Origin: Phycisphaerae bacterium
Lineage (GTDB): Bacteria > Planctomycetota > Phycisphaerae > UBA1845 > Fen-1342
Direction: 5' to 3'
Length of the DNA stretch: 64,000 nt
Assembly: GCA_963675745.2 (NCBI GenBank)
Contig: CAXXWX010000002.1
Span: 55,374 to 119,373, forward strand
Shown: in pieces, positions 40,630-52,852 of the stretch
Layout: every line of letters begins with the position of its first letter
Numbering within the stretch: the stretch's first letter is position 1
Notes under the pieces: generated by a model
Seen by the model: only the letters and a program-made list of their open reading frames with translations
Told to the model about the DNA's origin: nothing
Database searches by the model: none
Program-made: the position numbers and the translations under genes

Positions 40630-42582
40630 TCACAGCAGCGCGAGGAAGGCGTCTATGTCACCGTTATTCACCAGGCCATCCTCGTTGCAGTCGCCACGCA
40701 GGATATCACATGCGGGGTATGCCAGTTCGTAGGCGCCCGCATCGGTCACCGCCAGGACAAACGGGTCGATATCCCCGTTGTTGACCAACCCGTCGCAGTT
40801 CATATCCCCGATCACATCCGGCGGCTGACATTGATAGGCCGTAACCTTGAAGGCATCGACGCCGGCCTCAACAACGTTGCCCGGGTCAAGGTCGCTGGCG
40901 GAAAAGCGAATGCGCAGAGTGGCTGATGCCGCCACATCGACGCCAACTTCAATCTCGTCACTGCGCCAGCCAGCCGCGGCCGTGTCGTACGTGCGGATCG
41001 TCGCCCAATTGGTGCCGGCGGCATCGGTGGCAGCCTGCACCGTCATGGAATCTTCGGCGCCCAGCAGCCCCCCGGAAACATCATTGAGCCAGTAGGCGTA
41101 TGTAATGATGGCCCCGTCGGGCAGGTCCATGGCCGGTGATGTGAGGATGGTCGTGCCGCCATCGACGTCCGAGTTCTCGTAAAGCGGATCGTTGTCGGTC
41201 AGGTAGCAGTTGCCCGAGCCGTCGTAATCGGTTGGTGGATCGCCGCGATCGAAGTTCACCGGCACGCCGCGCTCCCACTGGCCGTCGCTGGCGTCGCCGC
41301 TTACCGCCCATCCTTGATCTGTCTCGAAATCGTCGTCAAAGAGCGAGATTTCACCATAAGCGGCGGTCACGGCGTACGTGGTCGCGGGCGCGTCGCGCGG
41401 GTCACTGAACACGGCGCCGCCCTCAGCCTCGACGCTGAAGTAATAGAGTACGTCCGCCCCGCAGATCGCTGGAGGAAAGACGGCTTCGTAGGTGTCAGCG
41501 TCAACCACGTCCATGGGCACGGTCACCCATCCAATCGCCGTGTTGTAGTGGAACAAACCGGAAGCCGGCTGGGCGACGGCCCCGCCATACTCGACCACAT
41601 CCACAAGCATGCTGGTGCCGCCGGCCGGCGACGAGAGTGCCGGGTGTCCCGCCGGGTAGTCAAAACCCAGCGCGCTGACATCGACCAGCACACCGGCGTT
41701 GTCGACCAGGTATCCGACGGCGCTGCGCACCATCTTCAGGGCGAAGTCGTAGTTGATGTTGCCGGGGTTGTCGACGCTGTCCTGCTGAGTGTGGTAGTAG
41801 GGGTTTTCCCAGACCTCGCCCTCAATAATCAGGGCGGCTTCGAAGCCCTGCGCATCAAACGACGCATGATCGCTGGCCGAGATCCAGCCGGCGTCAAGCC
41901 ACGTCAGGTCCACGCCGTACTCGTCAATCGCCGCCCCCAGCGCGGTGCGCAGCGTTGTCGCCCACGACTGGCTGTAAATCCTGGCGTAATTGGAGCCCGT
42001 ATCGTACGCCACCATGTCGGCCGAGATCATCCCGCGAATGTCGTCGGCGAAATGCTGGTCGGCGTAGTGGGCGCTGCCGACCAAGCCAACTTCCTCCATA
42101 TCAAACGCGATGAAGCGGATGGTGTACTCCGAGTCGTACTGGCTGATGATACGCGCCGCCTCGAGCACCAGAGCGACGCCGCTGGCGTTGTCGTCGGCTC
42201 CAGGATTGCTGACCGAGTCGTAGTGCGCGCCGATAACGTAGATCGCGTCGGGATAGACGGTGCCAAGCTGTTCCGCCACCACGTTCTCGTACGTACCGCC
42301 GCCATACGAGAACGTGTCGTAGTACACCGACAATCCGTAGCCGGAGAAAAGCGCGAAGATATTATCGCGCGCCAGGTCATGCTCCGGGCCGCTGGGGCCA
42401 CGGTTGTCACCGTCGTGCGTGAACAGCTCGTTCTCCATGAAATCCTGGTAGCTGGCCAGGCTGACCTGGTCGGCCGCGGCATGGCCTTCCTCGCTGGCAG
42501 GCGCGACGCCCGCCGTGGTAAGGGCTACGATCAGGGCGATCGGCACCATGAGGCTGCAACGCGGTAGGGATCGGGTGTGCAC
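40630..42582 (-). CDS. Secreted M28-family aminopeptidase with C-terminal dockerin-like module
   Basis: GAHYDS, PGADDNASG, EEVGLVGS, DM, SDH.SF, YYHT..D. GTG start after AGGAGGAG. Confidence 0.9.
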   Translation of the reverse strand: MHTRSLPRCSLMVPIALIVALTTAGVAPASEEGHAAADQVSLASYQDFMENELFTHDGDNRGPSGPEHDLARDNIFALFSGYGLSVYYDTFSYGGGTYENVVAEQLGTVYPDAIYVIGAHYDSVSNPGADDNASGVALVLEAARIISQYDSEYTIRFIAFDMEEVGLVGSAHYADQHFADDIRGMISADMVAYDTGSNYARIYSQSWATTLRTALGAAIDEYGVDLTWLDAGWISASDHASFDAQGFEAALIIEGEVWENPYYHTQQDSVDNPGNINYDFALKMVRSAVGYLVDNAGVLVDVSALGFDYPAGHPALSSPAGGTSMLVDVVEYGGAVAQPASGLFHYNTAIGWVTVPMDVVDADTYEAVFPPAICGADVLYYFSVEAEGGAVFSDPRDAPATTYAVTAAYGEISLFDDDFETDQGWAVSGDASDGQWERGVPVNFDRGDPPTDYDGSGNCYLTDNDPLYENSDVDGGTTILTSPAMDLPDGAIITYAYWLNDVSGGLLGAEDSMTVQAATDAAGTNWATIRTYDTAAAGWRSDEIEVGVDVAASATLRIRFSASDLDPGNVVEAGVDAFKVTAYQCQPPDVIGDMNCDGLVNNGDIDPFVLAVTDAGAYELAYPACDILRGDCNEDGLVNNGDIDAFLALL

Positions 42583-42803
42583 TTCGTCTCCTCCTGCGCG
42601 GGATGTCGGATGGATACTTGCTCGCCGGAAACCAGTCGCTCGCGCTTCGTTGAGCGCAAGCGGAAGTGGGTGCCCTGCGACAGACCCCACTGTAGCGGCC
42701 CATGGCCGGCGTGTTCAAGCGAATTGCCTCGAAGAATGCGGTATGTGCGGGCGTGGGCCCGAGTTTATGCGTATCCGGACGCCCGCGCCGCGGGCCCGCC
42801 GCG

Positions 42804-44837
42804 TCAGATCATCACGCGGCGGTTGTAGATGTACCACTCGAGCAGCAGGAGCACGATCGCCCCGCCGACAAACCAGCGCCAGATCTCGGGCGTCGCCGTC
42901 GTAATCGCCTCACCGACCGCGATCTCCTGGCCGCCGATTTTGATGCGCGCGCGCGGTGTGATGTCGCTCTCGCGCGCGTCGGTGAGATTCACGGCAAAGC
43001 GGTTGCGGCCGGCGACGCCCGGCTTGACTTCATAAAGCCCCACGCGCGACGTGGCGCCGAAATACGCGACGCCGGCGTCGTTCGGCTTCACCTTGGTGCC
43101 GGAGTGATCGGGCCGCACTATGGTCGCGGCGGTCTCGCCGGGCGGCACCTGAACCGTGAGCACATCCCCCGGCTGAAAGCTGTCGGCGCCGCCCGCCACG
43201 CCGGCGGCCCCCAGGTAACGCAGCGCGTTGTAGAAGAACACCGCGAAGCTGGGCTTGGTCACCCACGTGCTCTGCTCGACCGCGAAACTGATCAGCATGA
43301 ACTGGCGGCCATCGACGGCGTAACGCGCAATCAGCGGGCCACGCGTGCCCTCCGCAAGAACCTCCGCCTGCCGTGGCAGATTGAGCTGCAACGCGCGCGC
43401 GATATAAACGTATTCGAGGGCCACGTGCCGCAAGACCGGGTGCGTCTCATCCCACCACAGCGTGGCCAGTTGCTCCACCTCGTCGTCGGCGCTGATCCCC
43501 TCCACTTCGGGAACCGACGCCAGAAACAGGTAATTGCCAACCGGCAAGCGGCCCGTGTTGTGCTTGTTGAAGATCACAACATCGTAGCGCGACTGTCCAT
43601 CCACCTCGAGCTGGTCATCCGCCATCCGCTCGTACTCCTGCGGCGCGACGGTCGTCACCTGCTCCAGCGGCAGCCCGGCCAACACGTTGGCCAGAAACAC
43701 GCTATAAGCCGGCTCAGTAACCAGCAACACGTTGAGCTTGCGCGGCGGCGGGACCATGCCGTAGACGCGATTATCCGCCGCCAGCGCATCGTCACGCGCA
43801 ATACGCGCCTCAAGCACACCGGCGTCGTCCAGCGTAAACTCAAAGCTCAGCGAGAGCCGACTACCCTCGGGCACGTTGCCGCTGACACTCTCCGGCGGCG
43901 CCTCTTCGCCCTCGTCAAGCTCAAGCGGCGGGCCCGACCCGGCCGCCAGCGATTCGTTCTCGACCGCTTTCAGATGCCCATCAAGGTACAGCGAGACATC
44001 GGTCGTGACGTCCGTGGGGCCGAAGTTCTGCACCTGGAGAAACACGTTGACGACCTCGGGGCGTTCGTAATTGCGCTGCACACGCAGCGCGGTGAGGCCG
44101 ACGTTGTCGGTCGCCTCGCCGATCTTGACGAGCTCCATCGAGCTGTAGCGCATGGCCAGCGCTGCAAGGTCGGCGATCCCGCCGTCGGAGAAGAGGATTA
44201 TCTTCGAGCCCTGTTTGGTGGCGTCCGGGGCGAGCTCGACCGTGGTCTGGGCCAGGTAGGCCTCGGCCAGCGTGAGGGCTTCCTGCAAGTTCGTGCGGGC
44301 ATCGGTCGGTGGAATCGCGCGGATCTGGTCCACCAGATCGGTCGTATTCGTCGTGAACGGGGCCGTTACGGCGGCTTGATCGGCGAAGGCGATCACCATG
44401 GCGCGCGTGCGCGCCGCCTGCGCACCAAAGCTGAACCAGCCGCCGCCGGTGCGATTCAACGTCCGCACCAGGCGCACGGCCTGCTCGCGCGCCTCTTCCA
44501 GGCGTGTGCGCCCGTCGGCCTCCACCGTGTTCATCGAGGCCGAGTGGTCGATCAGCAGGATCAGGCTTGCTTCATCGGTGGCCTCGGTTTCGATCACAGG
44601 CCGCGCCAGCGCCAGCAGCGCCGCCGCCAGTACCAGCAGTTGCAGCAATAGCAGCAGATTGCGCCGCAAACGCTGAAACGGTGCGTTTACCTGGAGATCC
44701 TGAACCGCGCGCTTCCACAACAGCGTGGACGGTACGGCTTGTTCGCGCCGCCGCAACTTCAGGAAGTACAGCAGCACCAGCAGCGGCACCACCACCGCCG
44801 CCAGGCCGGCCGCCACCCATGGGTTCAGCAACGTCAC
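42804..44837 (-). CDS. BatA-type N-terminal TM + von Willebrand A domain membrane protein
   Basis: LLYFLK.RR...VPSTLLW, LARP, MIDAS motif DHSAS, SDG, C-terminal LLLEW. Confidence 0.9.
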   Translation of the reverse strand: MTLLNPWVAAGLAAVVVPLLVLLYFLKLRRREQAVPSTLLWKRAVQDLQVNAPFQRLRRNLLLLLQLLVLAAALLALARPVIETEATDEASLILLIDHSASMNTVEADGRTRLEEAREQAVRLVRTLNRTGGGWFSFGAQAARTRAMVIAFADQAAVTAPFTTNTTDLVDQIRAIPPTDARTNLQEALTLAEAYLAQTTVELAPDATKQGSKIILFSDGGIADLAALAMRYSSMELVKIGEATDNVGLTALRVQRNYERPEVVNVFLQVQNFGPTDVTTDVSLYLDGHLKAVENESLAAGSGPPLELDEGEEAPPESVSGNVPEGSRLSLSFEFTLDDAGVLEARIARDDALAADNRVYGMVPPPRKLNVLLVTEPAYSVFLANVLAGLPLEQVTTVAPQEYERMADDQLEVDGQSRYDVVIFNKHNTGRLPVGNYLFLASVPEVEGISADDEVEQLATLWWDETHPVLRHVALEYVYIARALQLNLPRQAEVLAEGTRGPLIARYAVDGRQFMLISFAVEQSTWVTKPSFAVFFYNALRYLGAAGVAGGADSFQPGDVLTVQVPPGETAATIVRPDHSGTKVKPNDAGVAYFGATSRVGLYEVKPGVAGRNRFAVNLTDARESDITPRARIKIGGQEIAVGEAITTATPEIWRWFVGGAIVLLLLEWYIYNRRVMI

Positions 44838-45742
44838 CGCAATAGCCCCCGTTGGCGCAGATAGGACATTACCAGCGCATCGAACGGCACGCGCGTGTTG
44901 GTGAACAGGTAGAAAATGCCACGGCGCGTGCAGTGGTCCTTGAGTTCGGTGCAATAGGCGGTCAGGTTTGCCTTGTAGCGCGCCAGCAGCGGTTTGCTGA
45001 TGGTCACCTCGGCCAGATCCTCGTCCTCCACGTCACGCAGCTTGAGGTCGCCGGCCAATTGGGGATCGATCTCGTCAGGCGCCAGCACCTGGATGCAGTA
45101 GATGTCGAGATTACGGCTGAGCAGGTAGCGGATGCCGCTTTCGTAGCCGCCCTTGTCCATAAAATCACTGAGCACGATGCAGACGCCGCCGCCCCGGTGA
45201 CGCAGGGCGAAGTGACGCGCGCCCTCGGCGAATTGCGACGTGCCCGTCAGCGGCAGGTTTTCGAGAAACTCGATCACCTGGCCGACCATGCGGCGGCCGC
45301 GGATACCCACGCGTTGGGCGGAGATGCCGCTCGAATATGCGTAGAGGTTGACCCGGTCGTAATTGACCAGCCCGACGTAGGCCAGCGCGGCGGCCACGCG
45401 TTTGGCGTAAAGGCCCTTGTGCGGATCGCCCCAGTCCATGCTGCCGGAGACGTCGATCAGCAGCGAGATGTTGAGGTCTTCCTCCTCCATGTACAGCTTG
45501 AGCAGCAACTGGCCGAGGCGCGCGTAGATATTCCAGTCGAGAAAACGCAGATCGTCGCCGGAGACATAATTCCGGTAGTCGGCGAATTCGACGCTCTGGC
45601 CCTTGCGCTTGCTGCGGCGTTCGCCTTTCATGCGTCCGACAAAGATCTTGCGCGAGAGCAGCTCGAGCTGCTCGAGCTTCTGCATGAACTCGGGCGAGAG
45701 CAGCGGTTCATCGCGTTTGGACTTCGCCGGTACAGTCGACAC
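44834..45742 (-). CDS. DUF58 family protein
   Basis: G.SVEFADYRNY..GDDLR.LDW, DVSGSM, LSDF. Confidence 0.93.
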   Translation of the reverse strand: MSTVPAKSKRDEPLLSPEFMQKLEQLELLSRKIFVGRMKGERRSKRKGQSVEFADYRNYVSGDDLRFLDWNIYARLGQLLLKLYMEEEDLNISLLIDVSGSMDWGDPHKGLYAKRVAAALAYVGLVNYDRVNLYAYSSGISAQRVGIRGRRMVGQVIEFLENLPLTGTSQFAEGARHFALRHRGGGVCIVLSDFMDKGGYESGIRYLLSRNLDIYCIQVLAPDEIDPQLAGDLKLRDVEDEDLAEVTISKPLLARYKANLTAYCTELKDHCTRRGIFYLFTNTRVPFDALVMSYLRQRGLLR

Positions 45743-45810
45743 GCAACCAACTCCACAAACCGTAGCGGCCGCCGTCGTCGTCGGCCGAGGGCACCCACGT
45801 AGCGGCTATG

Positions 45811-46824
45811 TCAATCCGTCTCCGTCGTCGGTACTTTTTCAATCAGATCCTGCACGGCGTCATCGGTGCTGAGGCCTTCGGCTTCACCCTCGAAATTCAG
45901 GAGCAGGCGATGTCGCAGCGCCGGCACCAGCGCCTTTTTCACATCATCAAACCCCACGTTGTAGCGCGCGTCGAGCATCGCATAGATTTTCGCCGCCAGC
46001 GTCACCGCCTGGGCGCCGCGCGGGCTCGAGCCCCAGCGGACGTATTTGTTGACCATCTCGGTCGCCAGCGCGCCGTTCGGGTGCGTGGCCAGCACGCACC
46101 GAATCGCGTAATCCTGCACGTGCGGCGCCATCACGATGCGCTTGGCCAACTCCTGGCCCGCCATGATACGTTCGCCGCTGAGCACGGGCTGGATCTCCGG
46201 CTTGTAACCGGTCGTTGTACGATCGACGATCGTTTTGAGCTCCTCGCGGTCTGAGTAACCGACGACCAGCTTGAAGAAGAAGCGGTCAAGCTGGGCCTCG
46301 GGCAACGGATACGTGCCTTCCTGCTCGATCGGGTTCTGCGTGGCCATCACGAAGAACGGCTCGTTCAACTGATAGCGCGTGCCACCCGAGGTGACCGTGT
46401 GCTCCTGCATCGCCTCCAACAGCGCCGATTGCGTCTTCGGCGTGGCGCGGTTGATCTCGTCGGCCAGGCACATCTGCGTAAACAGCGGCCCCTGCTGAAA
46501 CTCGAAGTTACGCCGCCCGCTCTTGGGATCTTCGACGATGATGGTGGTCCCGATGATGTCGGCGGGCATCAGGTCGGGTGTGAACTGGATGCGCGAGAAC
46601 TTCACGTCCAGCGCTTCGGCAAGTGTGCGGATCAGCAATGTCTTGCCAAGCCCCGGCACGCCTTCGAGCAACACATGCCCCCCGGCGAACAGCGCCACGA
46701 GCACGCCGTCGATCACATCCTCGTGCCCGACGATCATCTTCTGAATCTCGCCGCGCAGCCTGGTGAACTCGTCACCAAAGCCGGCGACCGCGGCCTGCAC
46801 CTGGGCTTCCTCGCCAACCGCCAT
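45811..46824 (-). CDS. MoxR-family AAA+ ATPase
   Basis: GVPGLGKT, RIQFTPDLMP, DEINRA, ATQNPIEQEGTYPLPEAQLDRF. Confidence 0.96.
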   Translation of the reverse strand: MAVGEEAQVQAAVAGFGDEFTRLRGEIQKMIVGHEDVIDGVLVALFAGGHVLLEGVPGLGKTLLIRTLAEALDVKFSRIQFTPDLMPADIIGTTIIVEDPKSGRRNFEFQQGPLFTQMCLADEINRATPKTQSALLEAMQEHTVTSGGTRYQLNEPFFVMATQNPIEQEGTYPLPEAQLDRFFFKLVVGYSDREELKTIVDRTTTGYKPEIQPVLSGERIMAGQELAKRIVMAPHVQDYAIRCVLATHPNGALATEMVNKYVRWGSSPRGAQAVTLAAKIYAMLDARYNVGFDDVKKALVPALRHRLLLNFEGEAEGLSTDDAVQDLIEKVPTTETD

Positions 46825-46966
46825 ATCTACACTCCCGTTGCACGCACGATTCTGAGCGGGGGGACGGCCCCCGTCGGGAAGGCATCTCGCCTGCTTGCGG
46901 TTAATAGCGTAACAACATCCCCCCCAATTGAACAACGCCCAACACCCTGGTGGCCTCGTGGCCTAG

Positions 46967-48535
46967 CCCGGATATTTCATCAGTGGGAGTCGAATTGCGC
47001 ATAGAGAAGGCCTCTGAGCCTAGTATGATAGGGTTTCACAGACTCAATCATACGTCGGCAAGGAGGCCTTATCATGTCAGAGTGTAACCGCGAAGCGCTC
47101 ACCTTTTCCAGACTTTCCCGGCGCAAAATCTCGGCTGACTTCGATGGCGGGCGACTGACCTCCGACGCCGGCGGCCTGCTACTTCGCGAGGTCGATCGGC
47201 GGCTCGGGCTGACCCGCGCACTCGCCGCGTGTATCGCCGATCCGCGTGACCCGGACAAGATCATCCACGACGTAGAGACCATGCTGACGCAGCGAATCGC
47301 CGCCATTGCGTTGGGTTACGAAGACCTCAACGACCACGACACGCTTCGAACCGATCCCATCTTACAAGTGTCGGCGGAGATACCACCGGATGATGAGCAT
47401 CCGCTCGCGTCACCCGCGACATTGTGCCGCTTTGAGAACTCCGTCAACCGGGAATCGCTCGTGCGGATGAGCCAGGTGCTCGTCGAGCAGTTCATCGCGT
47501 CCTATCGACGGGCCCCCAAAGAGATCGTTCTCGACTTCGACGCCACCGACGATCGGGTCCACGGCGACCAGGAAGGCAAGTTCTTCCATGGCTACTACGA
47601 CCACTACTGCTTCCTGCCCTTGTACGTCTTCTGCGGCGAGCGTCTGCTGTGCGCCTACCTGCGACCCAGTAACATTGACGCGGCACGGCACAGCCGGGCG
47701 ATCCTGCGATTGTTGGTCAATCGCTTGCGTCGAGCATGGCCCGGGGCACGCATCATCTTCCGCGGCGACTCGGGCTTCTGTCGCTTTAAAATGCTGAAAT
47801 ACTGCGACGAACACGACATCGGCTATGTGGTCGGGATTGCCCGCAACAAGGTGCTGGAGCGGCTGGCGCAGCCATTCATGGCGCAAGCGGAAACACGTTT
47901 TCGCAAATCAGGCGAGAAGCAGCGGCGTTTCCACGAAGTACGCTACGCGGCGAAGACCTGGGACCGACAACGGCGGGTCATCGTGAAGGCCGAGCATCTG
48001 CCCAAGGGTCCGAACGTCCGCTTCGTGGTGACCAATCTGAAGGACGCTCCCACGCAGGTCTATGATGGCTGGTACATTCCCCGGGGAGAGATGGAAAATC
48101 GGATCAAGGAGCAGCAGCTCGGCTTGTTCGCCGATCGGACGAGTTGCCACAAGTTCATCGCCAACCAGTTCCGCCTCCTTCTGGCCTCAGCCGCATATGT
48201 CCTGATCGAACATCTTCGACGCGTGGGGCTGCGGGGAACCGAATTGGCTCGCGCTCAGGCGAGCACCATTCGCCTGAAGCTCTTCAAGATCGCGGCGCGA
48301 GTACGTGTCAGTGTTCGCCGTGTCGTGCTGCACCTATCGAGCACCTATCCCTACCAGTCGGTCCTGCGTCGGCTGGTCGCCCGCCTCGTCCCAATCTGAC
48401 GTGTGCACATCCCGAAATCCGCCTGGGGGTAAGGGGGGGTATGCGCGCATCAGCCGCACTCGCCCTGCGGCCAGCCAGCCAGCACGACAACACCCGCGAT
48501 CACAGCCGAATAATGATACTCATGAAATAAGGCGG
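46967..48535 (+). mobile_element. IS1380-family insertion sequence (1569 bp) with CTAG target duplication
   Basis: Imperfect 18-bp IR (CCCGGATATTTCATCAGT vs reverse complement CCGCCTTATTTCATGAGT, 13/18). CTAG at 46963-46966 and 48536-48539. Confidence 0.9.
47074..48399 (+). CDS. IS1380-family transposase
   Basis: FDGG.LTSDAG, GYEDLND, LDFDATDD..HG.QE, RGDSGF, RGEMENRIKEQ. Confidence 0.96.
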   Translation: MSECNREALTFSRLSRRKISADFDGGRLTSDAGGLLLREVDRRLGLTRALAACIADPRDPDKIIHDVETMLTQRIAAIALGYEDLNDHDTLRTDPILQVSAEIPPDDEHPLASPATLCRFENSVNRESLVRMSQVLVEQFIASYRRAPKEIVLDFDATDDRVHGDQEGKFFHGYYDHYCFLPLYVFCGERLLCAYLRPSNIDAARHSRAILRLLVNRLRRAWPGARIIFRGDSGFCRFKMLKYCDEHDIGYVVGIARNKVLERLAQPFMAQAETRFRKSGEKQRRFHEVRYAAKTWDRQRRVIVKAEHLPKGPNVRFVVTNLKDAPTQVYDGWYIPRGEMENRIKEQQLGLFADRTSCHKFIANQFRLLLASAAYVLIEHLRRVGLRGTELARAQASTIRLKLFKIAARVRVSVRRVVLHLSSTYPYQSVLRRLVARLVPI

Positions 48536-48539
48536 CTAG

Positions 48540-48586
48540 ATGCCTCGTTGCCTCGTTGCCTGGTTGCCTGGTTGCCTCGTTGCCTG
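48540..48586. repeat. Octamer tandem tract (TSGTKGCC)n, interrupted by the IS1380 (left part at 46946-46963)
   Basis: tcgttgcc tcgttgcc tggttgcc tggttgcc tcgttgcc. Confidence 0.8.
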
Positions 48587-48668
48587 TTCCCCTTCTCCCC
48601 CCATTTGCGATCCGCGTCCCGCATTCCTATGATGTGCCGTTTGAATTCCACCACGGGAGCGCGCAACG

Positions 48669-50357
<1,689 letters not shown>

Positions 50358-50555
50358 CCGTCGCCCGGCCGCGTTCCGCGGGCAGAGACACAAGAGGACA
50401 CTTCGGCGCTGCGTAAAATGACGTCTGGACGGCGCCTATTCCGGGAAAATCCCCACAGCGGCCATCCAGGTGTTACCATAGCCGTGTTCAGTCGCGGCTT
50501 CCGGCATTGACACGCTTTTGGCTTGGGCACGGGTATTCCAAATGAGGAGATGAAG

Positions 50556-52745
50556 ATGACTGAGAACCGATCCATGGTCGTTACCGCGCTCCTGATCGTG
50601 GGGCTCGCGTTGACCGTCGGCATCGGCGGATGCCCCCCGGGGGGCGGACCACCCAGTGGCGATCCCAATGGTGATCCGAACGGGGCACCCGGTGGCGATC
50701 CGAATGGCGTGGTGACGGACGCCCCGCCGACTATCGTCTCATGTCCAGATGGCCAGACTTTGTCCGCTTCCGCCAATTGCCAGGCCACGCTGCCCGACCT
50801 CACGACGTCACTCGACGCCACCGATGCCGAGGATGCCACGCTCACGGTCACGCAGGACCCCGCCGCGGGAACACTCCTGGAGCTCGGTGACACCACCGTC
50901 CAGTTCACCGTCACCGACAGCGCCGGCAACGATGCGACCTGCACATGCATCGTCACCGTCGCGGACGACACCGCTCCGACGCTCGGCGCGCTCGGCGGGC
51001 CCTATAGCGTTACCGGCGACCAGGCCGGCAGCGGCGCGGTGCCGGACTTCCAGGCCACTGTGCTGGCCGCCGCAGCCGACAATTGCGACGACAGTCTGGC
51101 ATACAGCCAGAACCCGGCCGCCGGCACCCTGCTGGCAATCGGCGTCCACAACGTTGCGGTGAGCGTCACCGACGACGCCGGCAATGTCGGGCCGGGCACC
51201 GTGCAACTCGAGGTTCTCGATCCCAACGCCGGGGAAGGCGGCTTTACGACGGCGGTCATCGTGCACCGGGGCAGCGAACAGGTCATCGCCGGTCCGGAAG
51301 TGGATGCGTCCTTCGGCACCGTAACACCCGCCGGCTACACGCCAACGCGGAGCAAAGCCGTGGCCATCAGCGGTGACGGCCTGAAAGTCTGGTTCAGCCT
51401 CTACGACGAGTTCCCCAATGTCGAGGGTGATCCACAGACACAGCTCTGGTCGGTGAATATCGACGGCTCCGGCGGACAGCGCTCAACGCTGCCAAGCGAG
51501 AATCTGAGCTATGGTCTCCCGCTGGAAACCAATATCGATGGCAGCGTGTGCTACGCAGACAACGGCGCGGCCAAGAAAATGTACCGCGCCACCCCCGGAC
51601 AGGCCGCCACCACCGCGTTCACCTACTGGACCGAAGCCGGCGGCTGGGTCTACGGCGACATCCGCGGCGAGTTCAAGATCACCGACGACGCAACGAAGAT
51701 GATCTACCGGAGCTATGTGAACACGCGGATTTACGGCGTCGACGTATCCACGGGCGTCGGGACGCCGGTGGTCGTCGCCACGGGCGCCGGGCTGGAGTAC
51801 GAAGGCATCGGCTCCCGAGGCTTCCCTTCGAACATCGACCTGGCCGGCGATGGGTCGCGATGGATCTTCACCGCCAACTACTGGAAAAACGAGTGGGGCG
51901 CTAACCGAGACGCCGTCTGGATCGGCAGCGGCTTTGATGCGGGCGCCACACTGACCATGAAGACCGTGCCCGCTCCGGCGGAGCTCGCGCGCGAGGTGAG
52001 CATCACCGATGATGGCGACACGATCGGGTACACGATTGAGGAGGAGTACCTCAACGCCCCAACGCCGTTCATGGTCCAGGCGACGGATGGCAACACACGC
52101 CAGGAGATCGGCGACGGCCGTACGTCGGTGACGGGCCAGCTATCTGACAACGGGAACCGCGTGTACTACCGCACCTCGCGAGCCTACGGCCCCGGCAGCG
52201 GCAACAGTGTTTTGGTGGACGTGGCTACGGGCCGCCGCCTGCCCGCCGGCACGGGGCTGTTCGACGATGCGCCCGGTGTGGATAGCGGCAACATCCGCAT
52301 GAGCGATGATGGACAGACGTTCGTGGCCGGCTCCAGCAAGGGCGTTTGGACGCTCCGTGACGGTGTCGACGGGCTGACCGGCTTCCCGTCGATCGACAGC
52401 ATCGCGTATCGGTTCAACGAGGACTGCACGATGACGATTCGCGTTGCCGTCACCGCGCCGCGCGGCGTACACAACATCTACGTGACGCCTCATATCGAAG
52501 GTGAGCCACCGACGAGCGTGGTTGCCGCCGATGTGAATCCGACGTTCTCATTCCGCTGGGGAAGCTTCGATTTCGAGGAGCTCGAAGACGAGACCGGCGT
52601 CTGGGAGCGAACCGTCGCGTTGACCAATGGTGATGATGGGGCGTGTGCGCAGGACTTGCTCACGTCTGACTTCGTCTTCCGCGTCGTGCTGCTCGATGCG
52701 AATGAGACGATGGCCATCTTCCAGGACTTCACGGTGCCCGATTAA
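50556..52745 (+). CDS. Lipoprotein with two HYR/Ig-like repeats and a probable beta-propeller (TolB-like)
   Basis: Lipobox IGGC; repeated Q.PAAGTLL..G...V...VTD.AGN; AISGDG, ITDDG, LSDNG, MSDDG blade motifs. Confidence 0.78.
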   Translation: MTENRSMVVTALLIVGLALTVGIGGCPPGGGPPSGDPNGDPNGAPGGDPNGVVTDAPPTIVSCPDGQTLSASANCQATLPDLTTSLDATDAEDATLTVTQDPAAGTLLELGDTTVQFTVTDSAGNDATCTCIVTVADDTAPTLGALGGPYSVTGDQAGSGAVPDFQATVLAAAADNCDDSLAYSQNPAAGTLLAIGVHNVAVSVTDDAGNVGPGTVQLEVLDPNAGEGGFTTAVIVHRGSEQVIAGPEVDASFGTVTPAGYTPTRSKAVAISGDGLKVWFSLYDEFPNVEGDPQTQLWSVNIDGSGGQRSTLPSENLSYGLPLETNIDGSVCYADNGAAKKMYRATPGQAATTAFTYWTEAGGWVYGDIRGEFKITDDATKMIYRSYVNTRIYGVDVSTGVGTPVVVATGAGLEYEGIGSRGFPSNIDLAGDGSRWIFTANYWKNEWGANRDAVWIGSGFDAGATLTMKTVPAPAELAREVSITDDGDTIGYTIEEEYLNAPTPFMVQATDGNTRQEIGDGRTSVTGQLSDNGNRVYYRTSRAYGPGSGNSVLVDVATGRRLPAGTGLFDDAPGVDSGNIRMSDDGQTFVAGSSKGVWTLRDGVDGLTGFPSIDSIAYRFNEDCTMTIRVAVTAPRGVHNIYVTPHIEGEPPTSVVAADVNPTFSFRWGSFDFEELEDETGVWERTVALTNGDDGACAQDLLTSDFVFRVVLLDANETMAIFQDFTVPD

Positions 52746-52779
52746 GCAGCCGTACACGGCACCGCGAGCGATGCCATTC

Positions 52780-52833
52780 AGTACCCCAAGCGTGAGCGAT
52801 CGGCGAAAATCCGACGCTGGCGCTTGGGGTACT
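52780..52833. terminator. Palindrome between convergent genes (REP-like or bidirectional terminator)
   Basis: Perfect 13-bp stem AGTACCCCAAGCG / CGCTTGGGGTACT. Confidence 0.65.
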
Positions 52834-52852
52834 GTGTAGTGCCTGCGGCGAC

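Noticed and set aside
42804..46824. MoxR-DUF58-vWA operon as a new system
   Set aside because: A well-known widespread gene trio that is common in planctomycetes.
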